The notes: generated by a model from the sequence alone, not told the origin. Positions 28,359-37,652 are shown, counted from the first letter of the stretch. The stretch: 58,513 bases of DNA from Candidatus Uhrbacteria bacterium (GCA_003518105.1 DOZH01000006.1:1-58513), one strand, 5' to 3'. Made by a program: numbers and translations.

Positions 28359-28480
28359 GGCCGGTAACTCCCCTCACTGGTTTGAGTGCTGGCCACGCCA
28401 CGTCGTTTAGCAATGACGTGGGCCCTTCCGCCTTGAGAAGACCTGAGAGTCTTGTCAGCGCAGAAGGGTTTTTGTTTTCT
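28359..28480 (+). repeat. intergenic hairpin module M4, ending in a U-tract
   Basis: Similar to M2; CCCTTC...GAAGGG followed by TTTTTGTTTTCT. Confidence 0.85.
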
Positions 28481-28535
28481 GAAAGTTCTATTTATTTTGC
28501 GTAGTGTGCTACGATAGGCGTAATAATTTTGATTT

Positions 28536-29240
28536 ATGTCGCTGATCCGTAAAGTACAATCGATAATCGAAAAACCAACCGCTGTTGGCTCGGCTGTGGA
28601 GTGCGCTTGTTGCGGACGAAAGAGTCGGCGGTTCTTGCCGGCGGGAGTTGAGAATAAGCGACCGTTTGCCAGGTGTGCGTGGTGCAGTAGTTTGGAGAGA
28701 CACAGACTAGTGGCGTTGATGCTCAAGAAGAATCCCTTACTGGCGAACTCGAGGATACTCGTGATTGCGCCGGAGATTCCCCTGCTCCGGATATTTAAGG
28801 ATGTGACTGGTGGCAAGGTGACGACGGCGGATTTGTTTATGGCTGGCGTCGACGTGCAAGCCGACATTTGTGCGTTGCCGTTTGCGGATGGTGAGTTCGA
28901 CGTAGTGGTTGCCAATCATGTGCTCGAGCATATTCCCGACGATAGACTCGCGATGAAGGAACTGCGACGCGTGACGAAGGCTGGTGGACGGGCGATATTG
29001 CAAACGCCGCTGTGCTGGGAGAATGAGGTGACGGATGAAGACGCGCAGGCCAACGAGGCGGAACGGGTGCGACGTTTTGGCCAGGCGGATCACGTGCGGT
29101 TGTATGGACGAGATTTTGTGACGAGGTTGCAAGCGGCTGGTTGGATTGTGACGGCGAAGGAGGTGAGTGCAATGTTTACCGCGGAGGAGATGGCGAGATA
29201 TGGGCTGGAGAGTGATGAGGTGTGGTGCGAGATTAGCTAA
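28536..29240 (+). CDS. class I SAM-dependent methyltransferase with N-terminal Cys motifs
   Basis: ADICALPFADGEFDVVVANHVLEHI; CACCG and CAWCSS. Confidence 0.88.
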   Translation: MSLIRKVQSIIEKPTAVGSAVECACCGRKSRRFLPAGVENKRPFARCAWCSSLERHRLVALMLKKNPLLANSRILVIAPEIPLLRIFKDVTGGKVTTADLFMAGVDVQADICALPFADGEFDVVVANHVLEHIPDDRLAMKELRRVTKAGGRAILQTPLCWENEVTDEDAQANEAERVRRFGQADHVRLYGRDFVTRLQAAGWIVTAKEVSAMFTAEEMARYGLESDEVWCEIS

Positions 29241-29258
29241 AAATAATCTGTCCACAAC

Positions 29259-29287
29259 TGGACAAAAGTGCTGTTTTGTGATATTGT
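29259..29287 (+). promoter_or_regulatory. sigma70-like promoter
   Basis: TGGACA-17 bp-TATTGT. Confidence 0.5.
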
Positions 29288-29309
29288 GTATAGTTACATA
29301 GAAGCAATA

Positions 29310-29544
29310 AAATTCTCATGCCTTGTCCACTAGGGGTGGACGCCAACGGCAGTGAACACAGTAAACAGTTATCGCTGGCCAAGTCTGTTACGGACTTGGA
29401 CAATGGCGGGCCAAGCTCGTCGTAGTCCGGATTCTCAAAGTGAGATGAAGTAGGAAGCGAAAGTAATCGCGCGAGCGGTGAATAACTAACCCTTAGTGTG
29501 TAAGCCTGCGTAAAAGAACAAGCTGAACCCTGTGCCAACAGGGT
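29310..29544 (+). ncRNA. unidentified structured leader RNA or ncRNA
   Basis: Nested stems 29328-37/29489-98, 29368-77/29476-86, 29379-99, 29415-19/29472-76, 29527-33/29538-44. Confidence 0.6.
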
Positions 29545-29871
29545 ATGAGGAAAAATTTCCTAAGTAGTGGCAACGACGCCTTTGTTTGCGAGAACTGCAA
29601 ACTGGCTGTTACGCCGCTAACCAATGGGAGCTACCGCAATCATTGTCCACGCTGCTTGTACTGCAAACATGTCGACGTGGTACCAGGCGATCGCTTGGCT
29701 ACTTGCCAGGGGTTGATGGAGCCGGTAGGTGTAGAGTATTCGCCCAAAAAGGGTTGGGTTATTCTCCACCGTTGCACCACCTGTAACGAACTACGGCGCA
29801 ATAAAGCAGCGTTGAATGATGCTGAGGCGGATGATTACGAATTGATCATCGCGCTTGCTAGCTCACCATAA
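29545..29871 (+). CDS. RNHCP-domain protein
   Basis: FVCENC...YRNHCPRCLYCKHVD...HRCTTC. Confidence 0.92.
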   Translation: MRKNFLSSGNDAFVCENCKLAVTPLTNGSYRNHCPRCLYCKHVDVVPGDRLATCQGLMEPVGVEYSPKKGWVILHRCTTCNELRRNKAALNDAEADDYELIIALASSP

Positions 29872-29903
29872 AGAAAACCACCCGTAGTTGGGTGGTTTTC
29901 TTG
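29872..29903. terminator. bidirectional terminator
   Basis: AAGAAAACCACCC-GTAGTT-GGGTGGTTTTCTT between convergent genes. Confidence 0.75.
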
Positions 29904-30308
29904 TTAGGCTTTGTTGTGATTGAAAAATGCATCGAAGAATGTTCTATCGTCGCTGGGTACAGGACCAAACATATTATCCTTATCGGCTTCGTGAAATAAT
30001 AAGAAAATATAAGTTAGCAAATTTATAAGAGGAATGAAGAAAAAAAATGTATAAAACCAGTTCCAGGATATACCAATATCTTGAAAACGCCTGGCCTGCA
30101 ATGATAGAAAGTGTATCGCTGAAATTAATAAAATTACTAATGCTGGTATTTTGAGAAAAATGAAGGAAGATATTAATAATAAATACGCTATAAAGCCGAT
30201 GAATAAAATAAATAAAATACTGAAAAAATATTCAACTCTATTTAATCGACCTTTAAAAATTCTGCAAAGATAATTGTTTACCTTTAAATATATACCTAAT
30301 AATGACAT
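29904..30308 (-). CDS. DUF805-family membrane protein
   Basis: GRLNRVEYF, ARRFQDIGISW, DNMFGPVP. Confidence 0.85.
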   Translation of the reverse strand: MSLLGIYLKVNNYLCRIFKGRLNRVEYFFSILFILFIGFIAYLLLISSFIFLKIPALVILLISAIHFLSLQARRFQDIGISWNWFYTFFFFIPLINLLTYIFLLFHEADKDNMFGPVPSDDRTFFDAFFNHNKA

Positions 30309-30326
30309 AAAAATGTTTTGATGTAC

Positions 30327-31109
30327 TTAAATCCTCACTTTTGGCTGCGGGGTCAGAATTTCTAAGCCGGAGTCGGTGATAGCCACGGTGACTTCGAAGT
30401 GAGCGGCGTCGGAGCCGTCCAGGGTTTTTATGGTCCAGCCGTCGTCCGCGGTGGTGACGTCGGAGTCGCCGGTGGTGAGCATTGGTTCGATGGCGAGCAC
30501 CATGCCGGGAACGATTTTGACGGTGGGAAAGGCTTTGCCGGCGCGGTAGTTAGGAATGTGGGGTGGCTCGTGGACTTTGTGGCCCACGCCGTGGCCGACG
30601 AGAGCGGTGACGATGCCGTACTGGCCGTCCACTGCGTCTTCGATAGCGTCGCCGATATCTGAGATGTTGCCGCCGAGTTTGATGGCGTCGAGACCGGCGT
30701 ACATGGAGTCGCGGGTGAGGCGCAGGAGGGCGAGACGTTCTTGACTGATGTTGCCGACGGGAACGGTGACAGCCATGTCCGTGGCGAGATTTTCAAGCCA
30801 GAGGCCAATGTCCAAGCCGACGATGTCGCCTTCTTTGAGGACCAAGTTGCGGTTGCCGAGGCCGTGGACAATTTCGTCGTTGACGGAGATGCAGACGGTT
30901 GACGGGAACGGAATGGAGCCGCCAGCTTTGTAGCCGCGGAACGAGGGCTTACCGCCGCCTTTTTCGATGACTTCAGTCGCGATAGCATCGAGCGACCGAA
31001 TAGTAACGCCCGGTTTGACGGCGTCGACCGCAGCTTGGAGAGCTTGCGAAAGTAGCAGTCCCCCGCGGCGCAAGGAGTCAATTTCGGTAGAGGTTTTGGT
31101 TAGAGACAT
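30327..31109 (-). CDS. map: methionine aminopeptidase type I
   Basis: CISVNDEIVHG, GHGVGHKVHEPP, AIEPML, AAHFEVTV. Confidence 0.96.
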   Translation of the reverse strand: MSLTKTSTEIDSLRRGGLLLSQALQAAVDAVKPGVTIRSLDAIATEVIEKGGGKPSFRGYKAGGSIPFPSTVCISVNDEIVHGLGNRNLVLKEGDIVGLDIGLWLENLATDMAVTVPVGNISQERLALLRLTRDSMYAGLDAIKLGGNISDIGDAIEDAVDGQYGIVTALVGHGVGHKVHEPPHIPNYRAGKAFPTVKIVPGMVLAIEPMLTTGDSDVTTADDGWTIKTLDGSDAAHFEVTVAITDSGLEILTPQPKVRI

Positions 31110-31174
31110 ATTTTTTATAGCTCGCTTCGTTGACAAATTAGCGAAAACCAGACGATCGACGACCTGACCCCAGT

Positions 31175-31720
31175 CTAAAATATTTTGGTGATATCAGCGG
31201 AAACTTCTTCTACGGTACGAGTACCGTCGATGGTGTGAACGAGACCACGGGCGGCGAAGTGAGCAATGACGGGCTTAGTGTCCTGTTCGTAGATGTCGAG
31301 GCGGCGGGCCATGGCCTCTGGAGAGTCGTCGTTGCGAACTTCAACGCCGGCACGGGCGTGCATACGGGCGATGGAGACTTCGCGAGGAACTTCGATGACA
31401 ATGACTTCAGTTGGGGCATCGAAAGTTAAATAAACTTTGTACTGCTCCTCGTTGCGAGGATAGCCGTCAAGAATGTAGCCGTTCACCATGTCGTCCTTGG
31501 CTAAGCGGCGCTTGAGCACGGTGGCAGCAACTTCGTCGGACACGAGGTGGCCAGCGGCTTGAATGGCGTGAATGGATTCGCCGAATTCCCCACCCTCCGC
31601 TGCGGCGTCACGCAACAAGGCACCCATGGAAAGTTCCGGGATGCCGAGTTTTGCGGATAAGATTTTAGCTTGAGTACCTTTGCCGCAACCCTGAGGGCCT
31701 AAAATTAAGATCTTGTGCAT
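31175..31720 (-). CDS. adk: adenylate kinase (short-LID type)
   Basis: GPQGCGKGTQA, ILDGYPRN, RNDDSPE. Confidence 0.94.
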   Translation of the reverse strand: MHKILILGPQGCGKGTQAKILSAKLGIPELSMGALLRDAAAEGGEFGESIHAIQAAGHLVSDEVAATVLKRRLAKDDMVNGYILDGYPRNEEQYKVYLTFDAPTEVIVIEVPREVSIARMHARAGVEVRNDDSPEAMARRLDIYEQDTKPVIAHFAARGLVHTIDGTRTVEEVSADITKIF

Positions 31721-31723
31721 AAT

Positions 31724-31993
31724 TTAAGCGGCCAACTCTTTTTGTTGCTCGTCGTAGAGGGCCTCAATTTTAGCAATAACACGATTAGCCGCACCACCTG
31801 AAAGCAAGTTACGGCTGAGGTCATCCATGGCTTCCTCGAAGTAGCTAATGTCCACTTTGCCACCAGAACGCCTATCCTTCAAGACGATATCTAAGGCGAA
31901 TTCGGCTAGACCGCGTTCGCGGGATGAGCCAAAGCTGGAACTACGGACAATAGAAGCAAGATCTCTTTCTGTTATCTTGACGTACTTAGCCAT
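31724..31993 (-). CDS. small hypothetical protein between secY and adk
   Basis: 89-aa ORF tightly packed in the operon. Confidence 0.65.
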   Translation of the reverse strand: MAKYVKITERDLASIVRSSSFGSSRERGLAEFALDIVLKDRRSGGKVDISYFEEAMDDLSRNLLSGGAANRVIAKIEALYDEQQKELAA

Positions 31994-32010
31994 AGAGCGA
32001 GGTTTAAGAA

Positions 32011-33276
32011 CTAAACATCGTAGCTGCGCATGGTGAGCTGGGACTCCATCTGTTTGATGATGTCGATAACGACCGATACTACGATGATAACACTACTACC
32101 GCCAATCACGAAGTTAGCGTTATTTGTGATGCCTTGGACGAGAATTGGGAGAACGGCGATAACACCCAAGAAAGTGGCGCCAGTTAGGAGCAAACGGTTG
32201 GAAACCCACTCGAAGTACTTAGCAGTTGGCGCACCTGGGCGAATACCTGGGACGAAACCACCTTGCTTTTGGAGGTTCTCGGCAATGTCGGTTGGCTTGA
32301 AGACGATTGAGGCGTAGAAGTAGGTGAAAGCCACGACCAAAACGAAGTAGAAGATGCCGTAGAAGGTTTGGTTGGCGAAGAGCTGGATGATGAAGGTAGC
32401 AGCGTCGCGGATAACTTGCGTTCTAGCGTCGACGAAGAACTGGGCGATAAGTGGTGGCAAGACGACAATGGACAGCGAAAAAATGATAGGGATCATGCCG
32501 ACCATGTTGACGCGGAGTGGTAAGTGAGACTGGACCTTGGTCGAGCCGATACGAGCACCACGAGCGTATTGTACTGGGACGTTGCGCTGGCCTTCAGTGA
32601 TAACGATGACGCCGATCAAGGTGATCACGGCCAAGGCTAGGAAAACGAGCACGTTCATGAGCTGGCTCGAGTTGTAGGTAGCGACGGATTGACCAATGAA
32701 TGATGGGAGGCCAGCGATGATACCGGCGAAAATCATGAGGGACACACCGTTACCGATTTTGCGTTCGCTGATAAGTTCACCTAACCACATGAGGAAGATG
32801 GTACCAGCAACCATGGAGACCAAGGCGACGACCCATTCGAAACCAGTCAACTGAATGTTGACGCCGAAGGAAGTGCCTTGTTGACTAATGAGTTTAAGCA
32901 AGGCGAAACCCTGTAAGAGGGCCAACGGCACCGTGGCGACACGCGTCCAACGGTTGAGCTTTTGGCGACCTTGCTCTTCCTTTTGCATTTCTTCCATGCT
33001 CGGGAAAATCATACCGAGAAGCTGGAAGACGATGCTCGAGGTAATGTAAGGCGAGACACCCAGAGCGACAATGGAGAAGCTCATGAGTGTACCACCTGAA
33101 AAAACGTTCAACAGGCCCAAGAACTGGTTCCCGCTCAACAAGGCACTGAGGCCGTCTGTGTTGATACCAGGAACCGGAATATGAGCGGCAATACGGAACA
33201 AAGTCACCGCGAACAGCACGAAGAGCACACTCTGACGAATCTCTTTAGTTCGCCAGATACGGAGCAATGTTTCCAT
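32011..33276 (-). CDS. secY: preprotein translocase SecY
   Basis: SIVALGVSPYITSSI, IGNGVSLMIF, GGFVPGIRPG. Confidence 0.97.
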   Translation of the reverse strand: METLLRIWRTKEIRQSVLFVLFAVTLFRIAAHIPVPGINTDGLSALLSGNQFLGLLNVFSGGTLMSFSIVALGVSPYITSSIVFQLLGMIFPSMEEMQKEEQGRQKLNRWTRVATVPLALLQGFALLKLISQQGTSFGVNIQLTGFEWVVALVSMVAGTIFLMWLGELISERKIGNGVSLMIFAGIIAGLPSFIGQSVATYNSSQLMNVLVFLALAVITLIGVIVITEGQRNVPVQYARGARIGSTKVQSHLPLRVNMVGMIPIIFSLSIVVLPPLIAQFFVDARTQVIRDAATFIIQLFANQTFYGIFYFVLVVAFTYFYASIVFKPTDIAENLQKQGGFVPGIRPGAPTAKYFEWVSNRLLLTGATFLGVIAVLPILVQGITNNANFVIGGSSVIIVVSVVIDIIKQMESQLTMRSYDV

Positions 33277-33289
33277 ATAGAAAGAAATG

Positions 33290-33724
33290 TTATTCAACCT
33301 TACCGCCAGCAGCCACAATTTTGGCTACAGCCGACTCTGACACCAAACAACCCTTAACGACGACAGCGACAGCAATGTCACCTTGGCCCAAAACTTTGAC
33401 TGGAACCTTGGTGGTAGTGATGAGGCTCTTGTTGAGGAGAGTCTTTGGGGTGACCATCTCGCCCGCAATATACATGCGGCCAATGTCGGCCAAGTTAACC
33501 ACGACTGCCTTTGGAGCGAAGGAACGGAAACCGCGCAACTTTGGCGTTGACAAGATAAGCTTGCGCATACCGAGACGCTTCAAGTTACCGACACCGGAAC
33601 GGGAGGTCTGACCCTTTTGACCGCGACCTGCAGTGGTACCCTTACGACCGAGACCGCGACCATTGCGCTGGACAGTCTTACGAGCACCGAAAGCGGCCTG
33701 GATTGTGTTTAGAGAAATGGCCAT
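33290..33724 (-). CDS. rplO: 50S ribosomal protein L15
   Basis: GRGLGRKGTTAGRGQKGQTSRSG. Confidence 0.95.
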   Translation of the reverse strand: MAISLNTIQAAFGARKTVQRNGRGLGRKGTTAGRGQKGQTSRSGVGNLKRLGMRKLILSTPKLRGFRSFAPKAVVVNLADIGRMYIAGEMVTPKTLLNKSLITTTKVPVKVLGQGDIAVAVVVKGCLVSESAVAKIVAAGGKVE

Positions 33725-33729
33725 ATCCG

Positions 33730-34413
33730 TTATTTAGTCTCGGTGGTTACTGCTTCCACTACCTTAGGTGCCTTGGCGACGAATGGACGAAGAGCCTTCA
33801 GCGCAGCCATGACAGCTTTAGCGTTGTTAATTTTGTTGTTGGAACCCATGACCTTGGAGACAGCGTTAGGGACGCCAGCAAGTTCCAAGATAACACGGAT
33901 TGGACCACCACACTTAAGACCGGTACCTTGAGGAGCTGGCATCAGGAGGACGCGAGCGGCCGCAAACTTACGATCGACAATGTGAGGGATGGTTTCGTTG
34001 TGGAGTGGGATGGTGACCATGTCTTTCTTAGCCTTACGGAAGGCCTTCTCGACTGACATAGCGACGTCAGCGCCCTTAGCAACGCCCATACCAACGCGAC
34101 CACGACGGTCACCGATAATGAGACAGGCTCGAAAACGCATGCGCTTACCACCCTTGGTAACACGGGTCACGCGGGCAAGCTCCAAAATCTTTTGCTCGAA
34201 CTCGCGTGGTTCACGCTCTGGACGGCCACCGCCGGAACGACGATCACCACCTGCACCTGGACCACGTCCGCTACCGCCTTGGCCTCCTGGACCACGGCTA
34301 CCACCTTGTCCAGCGGCACCACCTGGAGCGCGTCCCCCACCGGTGCGAGTTGCACGTTGTGGACCACGGCCAGCTGGGGCTGGAACTGCTGCTGATTTGA
34401 TTGCTTCAGTCAT
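33730..34413 (-). CDS. rpsE: 30S ribosomal protein S5 (Gly/Arg-rich N-terminal extension)
   Basis: RVTRVTKGGKRMRF, PAPQGTG. Confidence 0.96.
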   Translation of the reverse strand: MTEAIKSAAVPAPAGRGPQRATRTGGGRAPGGAAGQGGSRGPGGQGGSGRGPGAGGDRRSGGGRPEREPREFEQKILELARVTRVTKGGKRMRFRACLIIGDRRGRVGMGVAKGADVAMSVEKAFRKAKKDMVTIPLHNETIPHIVDRKFAAARVLLMPAPQGTGLKCGGPIRVILELAGVPNAVSKVMGSNNKINNAKAVMAALKALRPFVAKAPKVVEAVTTETK

Positions 34414-34416
34414 AAT

Positions 34417-34773
34417 TTAGAATTCGAGGCCAGCGGCACGAGCGGCAACGGCCACTGCTTCCACACGACCATGGTAAAGGTATGGTCCGCGATCGAAGAC
34501 GACCTTGGTGACACCAGCGGCCTTGGCCTTGGTAGCAACTTCGGTACCGACGATAGCAGCGGACTCAAGTGGCTTCTTGTCGCCCTTGTTCTTCAAGTCT
34601 GAAGCGGCGGCTAGCGTCTTGCCAGTTTCGTCGTTAATGACCTGGGCGTACATGTGGGCGCCAGAACGGAAGACGGTCAAGCGTGGGCGTTCAGCGGACC
34701 CGCTAATCTTAGCACGAGTGCGGATGGCACGGCGCTTAGCAGCTGCTCGCTTTTTGAGAATTGGTTTTAACAT
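34417..34773 (-). CDS. rplR: 50S ribosomal protein L18
   Basis: [23 protein letters not shown]. Confidence 0.96.
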   Translation of the reverse strand: MLKPILKKRAAAKRRAIRTRAKISGSAERPRLTVFRSGAHMYAQVINDETGKTLAAASDLKNKGDKKPLESAAIVGTEVATKAKAAGVTKVVFDRGPYLYHGRVEAVAVAARAAGLEF

Positions 34774-34782
34774 AGAGGCGGA

Positions 34783-35352
34783 TTATTCCGAGGTCTTAGA
34801 CGCCTTACCAGCCTTACGACGGATAATTTCGTCAGTGTAACGGAAGCCCTTACCCTTGTATGGTTCTGGCTTCTTCAAGGAACGGATTTCAGCCGCACAT
34901 TGACCCAAGACTGCGCAGTTGGCAGAGGTGAGAGTCAAAATGTTCTGCTCAATCTTACCCGCAACTTCAGCTGGCAAGGTGTAGCGAACTTCGTGGGAGA
35001 AGCCGAGCGCCATGACGAGCACCTGACCCTGCAAGTTCATTTTGAAACCGACACCGTTCAGCTCAAGAGCTTTCTTGAAGCCGGTAGTGACGCCTTCGAC
35101 CATCTGCGCCAAAAGTGCACGCATGGTGCCCCACATAGCGCGGTCTTCGCGTTCGCCGTCCAAGACGGTGACGTCGAGATAGTCACGACCTTCGTCGTCC
35201 TTTTGCTGCGTTACCGCAGCGTGAGGATGGAGGCTGAGGGTGAGCTCGCCCTTCGGGCCCTTAACCGTAACAGTGGTGACGTCCATAGTTTGCACCATGG
35301 TAGCAGTCACACCTGCTGGGAGGAACACCGGTTTTTTTCCAATGCGCGACAT
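34783..35352 (-). CDS. rplF: 50S ribosomal protein L6
   Basis: MSRIGKKP, PEPYKGKG. Confidence 0.97.
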   Translation of the reverse strand: MSRIGKKPVFLPAGVTATMVQTMDVTTVTVKGPKGELTLSLHPHAAVTQQKDDEGRDYLDVTVLDGEREDRAMWGTMRALLAQMVEGVTTGFKKALELNGVGFKMNLQGQVLVMALGFSHEVRYTLPAEVAGKIEQNILTLTSANCAVLGQCAAEIRSLKKPEPYKGKGFRYTDEIIRRKAGKASKTSE

Positions 35353-35353
35353 A

Positions 35354-35749
35354 TTAGTAGATTTCGCAAATCAACTCACCGCCCAAATGACGCTTGCGCG
35401 CTTCGGCTCCGGTCATAAGACCGTTTGGTGTGGAGACAATGGAGAAGCCCATGCCTGAACGAACGCGGTGCAAATCCGTTGACTTCACGTAAACACGCTG
35501 ACCAGGCTTGCTGATACGGGTGATAGCGCTAATCATTGGGGAGTTGCCTTCGTCGTACTTCAAGGTAAGACTCATCATTGGTTTATTACCGTCTTCAAAC
35601 GCTTCTACATTCGACACATAACCTTGGCCCTGAATAATCTTCGCAATGGCGAATTTCATAATAGAGCGAGGCATGGCCACAACCTTCGCGCGGCTCATGC
35701 CGGCGTTACGGATGCGGGTAAGCATGTCAGATACTGGATCGGTCATCAT
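35354..35749 (-). CDS. rpsH: 30S ribosomal protein S8
   Basis: TDPVSDMLTRIRNA, SKPGQRVY, GGELICEIY. Confidence 0.97.
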   Translation of the reverse strand: MMTDPVSDMLTRIRNAGMSRAKVVAMPRSIMKFAIAKIIQGQGYVSNVEAFEDGNKPMMSLTLKYDEGNSPMISAITRISKPGQRVYVKSTDLHRVRSGMGFSIVSTPNGLMTGAEARKRHLGGELICEIY

Positions 35750-35750
35750 A

Positions 35751-35936
35751 TTACCAGCTAGCTTTACGAATGCCTGGAATTTCGCCAACGTTGGCTAATT
35801 CACGGAAGCAGATACGGCACAAGCCGAAGTCACGGAGGAAGAAACGGTTACGGCCACAGCGCCAGCATCGGTTGACCTTACGGGTCATGAATTTTGGCGT
35901 CTTTTTGGATTTCGCAATTTGGTTTTCTGTTGCCAT
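35751..35936 (-). CDS. rpsN: 30S ribosomal protein S14 (type Z, zinc-binding)
   Basis: RCWRCGR...LCRICFRE...KASW. Confidence 0.95.
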   Translation of the reverse strand: MATENQIAKSKKTPKFMTRKVNRCWRCGRNRFFLRDFGLCRICFRELANVGEIPGIRKASW

Positions 35937-35937
35937 A

Positions 35938-36483
35938 TTACTTTTTTTCGGTCGGGGCGAACGGGAACCCGAGACCCTTGAAGAGTGCCAACCCTTCGGC
36001 ATGATTCTTGGCGGTGGTGGTGATCGTCACCTGCAAACCATGCAACGACTCGACTTCGTCAGGACGAACTTCAGGGAACGGTGTGTGTTCTGTGAAACCG
36101 TAGTTGAAGTTACCCTGCTTGTCGACTGAAGACTCTGGGATGCCACGGAAGTCGCGGATACGAGCAAAGACGACGTGCGCTAGCTTGTCCAGGAAGTGCC
36201 ACATGTGCGGACCACGGATAGTAACCATGGAACCGACCACCTGACCTTCGCGGAGCTTGAAACCGGCGACTGACTTACGAGCCTTGGTCATAACTGGCTG
36301 TTGACCAGTGATGCGCTTCAAGGTGTCAGCGACGATGTCGGCGAACTTGGAGTCCTTACCCTTGCCGAGGCCAGCGTTCAAAGTCACTTTGACGATGTGC
36401 GGTGTCTCGTGGATGTTGGTGCGGCCGAACTGTTCGCGCAAGCTGGCGGACAGGGCGCTAAATTTTTCTTTAAGCATTTGCAT
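35938..36483 (-). CDS. rplE: 50S ribosomal protein L5
   Basis: ITGQQPVMTKARKSVAGFKLREG. Confidence 0.96.
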   Translation of the reverse strand: MQMLKEKFSALSASLREQFGRTNIHETPHIVKVTLNAGLGKGKDSKFADIVADTLKRITGQQPVMTKARKSVAGFKLREGQVVGSMVTIRGPHMWHFLDKLAHVVFARIRDFRGIPESSVDKQGNFNYGFTEHTPFPEVRPDEVESLHGLQVTITTTAKNHAEGLALFKGLGFPFAPTEKK

Positions 36484-36484
36484 A

Positions 36485-36790
36485 TTAGCCGAGTTCTTCA
36501 GTGCCCTTCTTGGAGTGGAGCACGCGAATCTTGCGACCTTCCTTGACGACGTAGCCGACGCGTCCTGGACCATTCTTGCCGACCATCTGAACGTTTGAAG
36601 CGTTCATAGGTGCCGAGAAAGTGAGACGTTGACCGGCTTGCGTGCCGCGTGGTTTTAAGTGCTTAACACGTTGGTTAAGACCTTCAACGACGACTTGGTT
36701 CTTGTCAGGAAAGACCTGGACAATCTTGCCTTCCTTGCCCTTGTCCTTGCCAACCATGACACGGACGTTATCCCCAGTTTTAATTTTCAT
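36485..36790 (-). CDS. rplX: 50S ribosomal protein L24
   Basis: MKIKTGDNVRVMVGKDKGKEG. Confidence 0.96.
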   Translation of the reverse strand: MKIKTGDNVRVMVGKDKGKEGKIVQVFPDKNQVVVEGLNQRVKHLKPRGTQAGQRLTFSAPMNASNVQMVGKNGPGRVGYVVKEGRKIRVLHSKKGTEELG

Positions 36791-36800
36791 AATATGGGAA

Positions 36801-37172
36801 TTAGAGCACCTCTGGCGCTAAGGAAATAATCTTGTTGAAACCGAGGGCGCGCAACTCGCGAGCGACTGGGCCAAAGATACGAGTACCTTTTGGCTCTTTG
36901 CTTTCGCGGTTAATGATCACCGCTGCGTTTTCGTCGAACATGATGTAGGAACCGTCCTTACGACGCACTTCCTTGCGGGTGCGGACAATGACCGCATGAA
37001 CCACATCACTCTTTTTTACTGCCATGTGCGGCGAAGCCACTTTGACTGCGCACGTCACAACGTCGCCCAAACGGGCATAACGCTTTTTGTAGCCACCAAG
37101 GACGCGGATAACCTGGAGTCTTTTGGCTCCGGAGTTATCGGCGACGTGGATCATGGATCGATGTTGCAACAT
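36801..37172 (-). CDS. rplN: 50S ribosomal protein L14
   Basis: [27 protein letters not shown]. Confidence 0.97.
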   Translation of the reverse strand: MLQHRSMIHVADNSGAKRLQVIRVLGGYKKRYARLGDVVTCAVKVASPHMAVKKSDVVHAVIVRTRKEVRRKDGSYIMFDENAAVIINRESKEPKGTRIFGPVARELRALGFNKIISLAPEVL

Positions 37173-37183
37173 ATACTTGAGGG

Positions 37184-37447
37184 CTAGTTAGTTGCCGCGA
37201 CCACGCGGAAACGTTTCTTAGCCGAAAGTGGACGGGTTTCTTCGATGGTCACCCTGTCACCAACCTTGACCTCAGGATTCTCATTGTGAGCGAGGTAAGT
37301 TTTGCTGACAGTGTAACGCTTCTGATACTTGCTGTTGAGCACTGTGCGGTCGATTTTGACCGTCACAGTCTTTTGCATCTTGGTGGCCACGACGACGCCC
37401 GTTAAGCGACGACGACCGGTTGCTGGAATAATTTTGTCAGTCGTCAT
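37184..37447 (-). CDS. rpsQ: 30S ribosomal protein S17
   Basis: [19 protein letters not shown]. Confidence 0.96.
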   Translation of the reverse strand: MTTDKIIPATGRRRLTGVVVATKMQKTVTVKIDRTVLNSKYQKRYTVSKTYLAHNENPEVKVGDRVTIEETRPLSAKKRFRVVAATN

Positions 37448-37448
37448 A

Positions 37449-37649
37449 CTAAACTTTTAATGGGGCTTTAATCGTGTTAAGAGCCGTCATGAGATGAGCG
37501 ATGCTCTTCTTAGCGAGGGTGATTTCACGAACATTTTTAAGCTGTCCGATGGAATGCTTGAATACGAGCTCGTGCAAGAGTCCGCGAGTTTCCGCGAGGA
37601 GGCCTTGCAATTCTGCTGCGTCTTTGCCTTTATAATCGAGGTATGCCAT
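37449..37649 (-). CDS. rpmC: 50S ribosomal protein L29
   Basis: Position between rplP and rpsQ; LKNVREITLAKKSIA. Confidence 0.88.
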   Translation of the reverse strand: MAYLDYKGKDAAELQGLLAETRGLLHELVFKHSIGQLKNVREITLAKKSIAHLMTALNTIKAPLKV

Positions 37650-37652
37650 ACA

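Noticed and set aside
26154-28480. CRISPR array or classical integron attC sites
   Set aside because: The spacers are whole genes, the modules differ in length, canonical attC cores are not evident, and there is no cas or intI gene in the window.
29360-29530. RNase P RNA or tmRNA interpretation of the RNHCP leader
   Set aside because: It lacks the GAGGAAAGUCC P4 strand and any tRNA-like T-arm/CCA end; the similarity is limited to short words.
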